From assembly GCA_946965045.2 (NCBI GenBank), contig OX337241.1, positions 682,001 through 746,000 on the forward strand: a stretch of 64,000 nt of DNA. The letters run 5' to 3'. Position 1 is the first letter of the stretch. Every line of letters begins with the position of its first letter. The translations under genes were made by a program, and so were the position numbers. Source of the DNA: Epithemia pelagica (Eukaryota > Protista > Bacillariophyta). This document shows, piece by piece, positions 58,167-64,000 of this stretch. A model generated the notes under the pieces. It saw only the letters and a program-made list of their open reading frames with translations, did no database searches and was not told the DNA's origin.

Positions 58167-59321
58167 ATATAAGCTTTAAGCTTTTGTTGTACACATACGT
58201 CATCGTCATTCTGATGTCTGATGAGGGTTCAGGTTTACTTATTTGTTCTCTAGATAATAGATAAGTATGTCCCATTTCGACTAATCTTCTTCAATCTACG
58301 AGCTCGTATGGTTAATGTTGTTAATTGTTTATCTATGCTGTGTAGGAGTTAGGAGTACTCGTAGGATAATGAGTTACTAATTAAGACTGTTTCCATTGTG
58401 GGAACGGATATTTCAGAGGGGTCCCAATTTGAGTTCGTTACATAGATCAACTCGTCTTTGAATGCTCTTTCGATTGGTTCAATATATGCCTCGCCAAATT
58501 TAGATATACACTTTGAAATATTGTACTAAAGTATGGCCGGCAAAAATGAAGTATTCAAAACCCTAATGTGAGATGTGCTAAAAGGTACGTAAAAACGGTA
58601 CTGCAGTCGCGCACGTGAATGACAATAGGGGTATATCGCGCGCATACCGCGCAAAACTTTCAAGCTTGATTTCTCGAAAAGTGGATTTTTCAAATATCCC
58701 TGGTGACGATGGAATCAGTCTTAATTACTACCTACTCGTAGTTACTAGTTACGAGCAACGAGCACTCATAATTCCAAAGCACTGTAAAATATGGATAAGG
58801 ACGCGTCCAACTGCCCCTGTTCTAACAACGAAATTGCTGATGCGTTCATTTGTTTTATAGACAGAGTTGTGAATTACCATAACCTCTTATATGAATAGAA
58901 TTAACGTAATTTATTCCATTACATAATAATGAAGAATTAAGTTTTATCATTATATTCAAAATAACCAAACGTTATGAATTCCGTTTTCCAAAAATTGTTC
59001 CTTCCCAAGTTCATGTAATATCATTTACGTAATATATTCTTTGTCAAATTTTAAAGAGAATTAATTTTTTTAATAAATTAGAGGCGAATCCTTTCAAGAA
59101 TGAATTTGACTCATTTATTCACCCAACGGAATTACCCCTTCATTCATTTGCAGTAATTTAATTTAATAAATTAATTACCATAAATTACGTAATATTATTA
59201 CCTACGCTGAATATTTCACCCATTACATGTTTCGCGACTGACACCACAATAGATGAAAATAGTACTCACACAACTCACGTTGCTGCTTGTGCCTCATCGC
59301 CTTGTGTTTTAAGAGAGCACC

Positions 59322-61196
59322 ATGGATGATGCTTCCCACCCAAATGTCATTTTCGAATCAAAATGCTGTCCCAAATATGTCATGCATTGCAACCCTTCTC
59401 TTTATGCACTATTGATTGATTTGAAAGAAACAGATGGAATCCTGAATCGTCCTGTTTCCGAGATTTTTCAGGCAATCCAACAAAAAACCATTCACTGGCT
59501 CATTCGCGTTGGTGGTCAGATTTCATGTCCTCCTCATGACCCCCCTACACACAAATGTTGTATTCCCACTCTTTCTTTCCAACAACAACTCGATTTGCTT
59601 TCGAGTATCGTATACCAAGCCATTTTCCAAGAAACTGACAAGGACACTTACAGGTTTTCTTCAAGCAACACAGAACAACTTCTCATGGTGGATCAGACCA
59701 TCACCTGTACGACGGTCATTCTGTCTCTAAATTGTAAAACACAATTTTCAATCATTCGGAACAAGGTACTGGATGACTGTGTTCATTACATCGACAACCA
59801 GCTAGCCATATCACCGACAACTTCAATCAGCACTCTTGTTACATCTTGGATGATCCAAAAGAAGCCACTCATTGGTGTCCATGCAAGCGCCCAACGAGTG
59901 GAGGGCTTCAATATCATCGACGTTCCAAATATTCCAGTGGACTATGATTCTTTTCCTACCGATTTATACAATCCTCCAACGGTATCTCCTTTCCTATCAT
60001 TGATTGAACATCATGTATTGTTGAACATGTCTTCTGCTCATGCCCAAATTGATACCATTTTGCCTGCCGCATCACAATATACTCCTCCACAAGAAACAAT
60101 CCACCGTCTACCATCCCCCTACAAAACTCCACAACGTTCTACTGACACAAGTACAACAACCAATCTTCCATCAGACACGACAGATATTGCCTCTCCTCCT
60201 GCCAGAAAGCAACAAAAGCTCTTCCACAATCAATTTGCATTGCACTCGTACTCAACGAGATCTCGAAATGAAAAAATAGCGGCATTCCTTGGGTCGATTT
60301 CACGCTCAAAGTCAGCCATTAAATACGTGCAAAGTGGAACAAAGAGACACATGCCTGGGGAAAAAGCTATCGTCAAACCACCATGTGACAGTCATGTATC
60401 AATTCCTGATTGTGACAAATTTCCAGAAATATTGCTTGAACGAACTTTTCAGTTCTACTCTCTTCTGAACTTCTGGACAAGTTTGAAAAAGGATGGCATC
60501 AACGTCCCTCGGGATTCTTGGGAGGACTGGGTCGACTCTTCTATCACTGCAGACGACCCACAGGCAGACAAAGCCTTCATGTTCCTCATGACAATATGCA
60601 TGAGTGCAAGTACCTCCGATGCACAACTTAGCACTGTGATGCCTCGTATTTTCTCGTTTGGATTGACATCCGCAACGGCGGTGATTGACATTTCACAAAG
60701 ATACGGCATGGACGCCTTGTGCTCCATTCTTTCCGAACCGGGACGTTTTTACAAAAATGCTGAACACATTGTGAATGCCGCGGATTACTTTATCCAAGAA
60801 CACAATGGAGTTATTCCGACGAATATTTCTATCCAGGAGCTTACCACTCTGCTCGGTATAGGGTACAAGACTGCTGCCATTGTAATCGAAGCTTCCTTTG
60901 ATCGGTCCGAAGGAATTCCCTCCGACATCCACGTGATGCGATGGTCCCAAAATCTTGGATGGGTACCCACGAAATGTGAAGCTTATGAGTGTTCAAAACA
61001 TTTGGAATCATGGGTTCCCCAAAAGTTCTGGAGAGACATCAACCCTTTATTGGGATCCTTGAGTCAGATCGCTGTATCTGGTGAAGGATCCAAGGTGCGG
61101 GAGCGCCTTGCAAAGAGCAATAATTTCTGTCCCTTTTTCAAAAAGAAGGTCATTTCTATGTTTGACAAGTACATGGGCAAAAGAAAGTCGTACTAG
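59322..61196 (+). CDS. Endonuclease III-like HhH-GPD DNA glycosylase/AP lyase with long unknown N-terminal region
   Basis: FLMTICMSASTSDAQL, HhH LTTLLGIGYKTAAIV (catalytic Lys position), GIPSDIHVMRW (catalytic Asp); no Cys-X6-Cys-X2-Cys-X5-Cys motif. Confidence 0.9.
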   Translation: MDDASHPNVIFESKCCPKYVMHCNPSLYALLIDLKETDGILNRPVSEIFQAIQQKTIHWLIRVGGQISCPPHDPPTHKCCIPTLSFQQQLDLLSSIVYQAIFQETDKDTYRFSSSNTEQLLMVDQTITCTTVILSLNCKTQFSIIRNKVLDDCVHYIDNQLAISPTTSISTLVTSWMIQKKPLIGVHASAQRVEGFNIIDVPNIPVDYDSFPTDLYNPPTVSPFLSLIEHHVLLNMSSAHAQIDTILPAASQYTPPQETIHRLPSPYKTPQRSTDTSTTTNLPSDTTDIASPPARKQQKLFHNQFALHSYSTRSRNEKIAAFLGSISRSKSAIKYVQSGTKRHMPGEKAIVKPPCDSHVSIPDCDKFPEILLERTFQFYSLLNFWTSLKKDGINVPRDSWEDWVDSSITADDPQADKAFMFLMTICMSASTSDAQLSTVMPRIFSFGLTSATAVIDISQRYGMDALCSILSEPGRFYKNAEHIVNAADYFIQEHNGVIPTNISIQELTTLLGIGYKTAAIVIEASFDRSEGIPSDIHVMRWSQNLGWVPTKCEAYECSKHLESWVPQKFWRDINPLLGSLSQIAVSGEGSKVRERLAKSNNFCPFFKKKVISMFDKYMGKRKSY

Positions 61197-61349
61197 TTGT
61201 TGAAAGTTGATTCTTACTGCAGTACATGTATTACGTTCCTAATATTAAATTGTTTTCACTGTCAATATCTCTCATCATCAATTTGCTTCACTTGGCTCAA
61301 CTGCTATTGCTCGTTTTTGTTTTCATTCTCGTTTATACCTCTCTTCATG

Positions 61350-64000
61350 TTAGTCGTCATACACTTCTTCATCATTGTGTTCTTCATTCCCGTGTTCTTC
61401 ATCCTCCGAGTCCGGCTCCAGCTCCTGTAAGACATCCTCAATACTCTGATCGTTCTTGGTATCATCTTGTTGTTCATCCTCATAGTTCCTGTCGTCCTTT
61501 GGTTGTCCCTTTCTTCCTTTAGCATGTTTCTTGGCATTCACCTGGCTTCTCGACTGAGATTGTTTCTGCCTTTCTTCGTGTCCACCTGACAGGGACAGAG
61601 ATGTTTGTTTCATAGATGCCTGCTTCAAACGGCTTTTGTTTTTGGCTTGACGAGGAGGTGACTGTCTAGTCGGCAAAAGTTTTTGCTGCTTGGTTTTCTT
61701 TCTACGTTGAGCATCTGTCTTTCTCTTATTCCCAGATGTATCCCTGTCACTATCCCTCTGCTCGGTCTGAGACGCCGTCAGGTCGATTGCCTCTTGTACT
61801 ACAGCTTGCTCTAATCCTTTCAATTCCAGATCAAACACTTCATTCATTGCCGCATCACTGTCTTTGTCACCAAAACTTTCGTCTTCCGATGAATGTTGGA
61901 CCGAGTCATCGTCTGGGTGACGCTCAAAACGAACCACCTTCACTGTGTCCCATTCAATAGGTTTTTTTCTTCCATCTCTCACCATTTGGGAAAGACGTTG
62001 TGCTTCACGAATTCGTTTTTCTTTGCTCATTTCAGCACAAACTTCAGGTGTTTCCAATCCACCAGACAAGAGAGAGCGTTCATCCTCGTCCTCAGAAAGT
62101 TCCTCAAAGTACGTCATACCAATGGACTGATCGTTTGTGACTAGCCCCTTCTCTGCATCTGCTTTCTTGTTGTACTCCACATAACTCTGAGTTGCATCCC
62201 TCATGCCACTCATCTGAACAAGAGCAGTTTGTCTTGTAGAGAAATCCTTGGTGGCCGCTTTCTCCTTTGTGGATGAATCCATAGTTGTGCCTGCCTCGTT
62301 CAATGTATCAGACGTCTCGGAGTTACCAATTCCAACGTAGTGTGATATTTGTTGTTTAGTATTTCGTTGCAATTCCAACTCTCTGGCGATAATCTCCCGC
62401 TTAAGTGACCTGGTTAGAAAATCCATTGTCCTCATTTCATAATGCTTCTTCAGCATATTCGCCATAAGTTTATTCTGTTGAAACCACGTTCCTAACGAAA
62501 AAATGCGTTCCTGGAACGCATTGGTGGACGGCTTTGTGAGCCATATCATTGCCATCACATACATAAGAGGGAATTCTGTCTTGTGATCGCTCCACCAGGC
62601 CATGATATCGAAATACTTTGATATCTGACAATAATTCGAATTCAAACAGGCTTTTCGAAAAGCAGTCTTCTCCTGTTCGTTCCATTTTGGTGCCTCGTTT
62701 GAATATTTCTCTGTTGGATAGTCTGCAATGACCTTGGCCCATTGCTTGTCAATATGGACCCCACACATTCGTTTAAAGGAATCGAAGGCTTCTGTGCAAG
62801 CATTTTTTAATGCCACCAGAACCTCGGTTTCTGTGCCTCCCATAGAGGCCGCTCCAGTGATCTGGAGAAGGGCCTGTTCTTTGAGTTCTCTTGTTCTGCG
62901 TATGGACTCAAAAACATCTTCTTCTTCATACCGTTCCTTCTTCTTTCGTGAAGATCCTGTGTTGCCTGGGTTGGTAGGGGGAGTTGCTGTAGTCTCTTTG
63001 GGTGGAGTAGTTGGTTCCCCCTGGGATTGCTGTCGTTGTTTTTCAAGTAGCGCGCCAAGAGGTGAAGCCTTAGCGTTGCTGAACTTGGACATCATGTCGT
63101 CTAAGAAAATACGACGAGCCTTCCTTACTTTTTCGGAATCGAATATGGCCAAAGACTGGAACATGTTGTCATAAATATTCGCCAACATAGGATTGCAGCA
63201 AACTGCTTTCAACGCATCCTCATCTGTATCCAAAAGATAGATGCAGTACTCATGCAGAATCCGGCGAATGAGCTTCTTGGGACCATCACCCAATTCATTG
63301 TAAGACACTCCAATTCGCAATGCGTTCAACTCACTCATGGGTGCAGATGCATCCCATTTCTCGTCTTCTTCAAGATCCGCCTCGTTGACTGGAACGCAGG
63401 AGACTTTGCTCATCCTCATTCGTTCAGTCTTGAAATGAGAGAGATAAATCTCCAGAAGCGTGGCCGAACTGGCGCCAGGTTCGTCGGTTTGGAGCTGTAG
63501 AGCAACAGCCTTCAGAGGACTGAGGATACCTTCATATTGGGCCAGAAGGTCCCATTCGTCTTGAGTAGGATATAGAGAAACAAAAGTAGGGTCACTGAGT
63601 TTTGATGTCAGGACATAAAGATCGAAAAACCATTTGTTCCGCAGTAAAGCTTGGATGAGAATGACACATCCACCAACACGGGTGTCGTTTGGCATGGGGA
63701 TTAAGATCAACGTGAACCCCAGTTCTTCGGCCTTCTTCTTGAGTTTCTCCCAACGATGAAATGCGTGCTTGCTAGTCACCCACCCAGCCAGTTTCTTGAA
63801 TTTTCCATACAGTTCACAAAATTCTGGAAAAGAATCGATAAGAACACCTTTCCTGAACCGTTGCACAAGCCCTGTGGCGTGCTTGAGGACCAATTCGGCC
63901 CGATGCATATCGCATCGGCCAACCTTGGCATGATCTCCGACAATGTATTTACCGGCAAGGACAGCAGCTGATGTATTGTCATTTACCGAAGCCACAAGGT
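61350..64000 (-). CDS. hAT-family transposase (5'-truncated by window edge)
   Basis: NDNTSAA (second catalytic Asp), CDMH (CxxH), PNDTRVGG, and dimerisation block DIMAWWSDHKTEFPLMYVMAMIWLTKPSTNAFQERIFS; frame open to the window end. Confidence 0.88.
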   Translation of the reverse strand, partial: LVASVNDNTSAAVLAGKYIVGDHAKVGRCDMHRAELVLKHATGLVQRFRKGVLIDSFPEFCELYGKFKKLAGWVTSKHAFHRWEKLKKKAEELGFTLILIPMPNDTRVGGCVILIQALLRNKWFFDLYVLTSKLSDPTFVSLYPTQDEWDLLAQYEGILSPLKAVALQLQTDEPGASSATLLEIYLSHFKTERMRMSKVSCVPVNEADLEEDEKWDASAPMSELNALRIGVSYNELGDGPKKLIRRILHEYCIYLLDTDEDALKAVCCNPMLANIYDNMFQSLAIFDSEKVRKARRIFLDDMMSKFSNAKASPLGALLEKQRQQSQGEPTTPPKETTATPPTNPGNTGSSRKKKERYEEEDVFESIRRTRELKEQALLQITGAASMGGTETEVLVALKNACTEAFDSFKRMCGVHIDKQWAKVIADYPTEKYSNEAPKWNEQEKTAFRKACLNSNYCQISKYFDIMAWWSDHKTEFPLMYVMAMIWLTKPSTNAFQERIFSLGTWFQQNKLMANMLKKHYEMRTMDFLTRSLKREIIARELELQRNTKQQISHYVGIGNSETSDTLNEAGTTMDSSTKEKAATKDFSTRQTALVQMSGMRDATQSYVEYNKKADAEKGLVTNDQSIGMTYFEELSEDEDERSLLSGGLETPEVCAEMSKEKRIREAQRLSQMVRDGRKKPIEWDTVKVVRFERHPDDDSVQHSSEDESFGDKDSDAAMNEVFDLELKGLEQAVVQEAIDLTASQTEQRDSDRDTSGNKRKTDAQRRKKTKQQKLLPTRQSPPRQAKNKSRLKQASMKQTSLSLSGGHEERQKQSQSRSQVNAKKHAKGRKGQPKDDRNYEDEQQDDTKNDQSIEDVLQELEPDSEDEEHGNEEHNDEEVYDD

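Larger units (their letters stand above)
58862..64000 (-). mobile_element. hAT transposon 2 carrying an intact HhH-GPD glycosylase gene; other end beyond window
   Basis: Terminus CAGAGTTGTGAATTA matches the glycosylase-side TIR of hAT 1 (13/15); AT-rich AATTAC/TACGTAAT subterminal repeats; TSD not verifiable. Confidence 0.82.

Noticed and set aside
59322-61196. Calling the glycosylase DEMETER/ROS1 or host NTH1
   Set aside because: It lacks the Fe-S motif and recognisable DME accessory domains; the substrate cannot be assigned from sequence, so no gene symbol is given.

Overview
Eukaryotic nuclear DNA, most likely a pennate diatom (inferred from CoDi-type copia elements, short GT-AG introns, diatom-style HMG/CRC proteins and RXL/KxxK secreted proteins). 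About half of the window is transposon DNA. Left part: three minus-strand Ty1/copia LTR retrotransposons. Element A runs off the left edge. B (10332-17431, TSD CCTGC) splits a DUF3445 gene. C (17935-24350, TSD CAAAT) sits 503 bp from B. Middle: host genes (HMG-box, secreted EEP phosphatase, Ser-rich protein, Cys-rich protein, XAP5/FAM50, CRC/tesmin factor, histidine phosphatase, UMP-CMP kinase, two secreted paralogs, HxxxDG acyltransferase). Right part: nested DNA transposons, namely a deleted hAT (48661-56008, TSD ACTCCTAC) containing a PIF/Harbinger element (52295-55895, TSD TTA), a small TIR element, and a second hAT running off the right edge. Main candidate novel system: both hAT elements, although diverged, carry an endonuclease III-like HhH-GPD DNA glycosylase gene convergent with the transposase. 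All calls are by eye; no searches were run.
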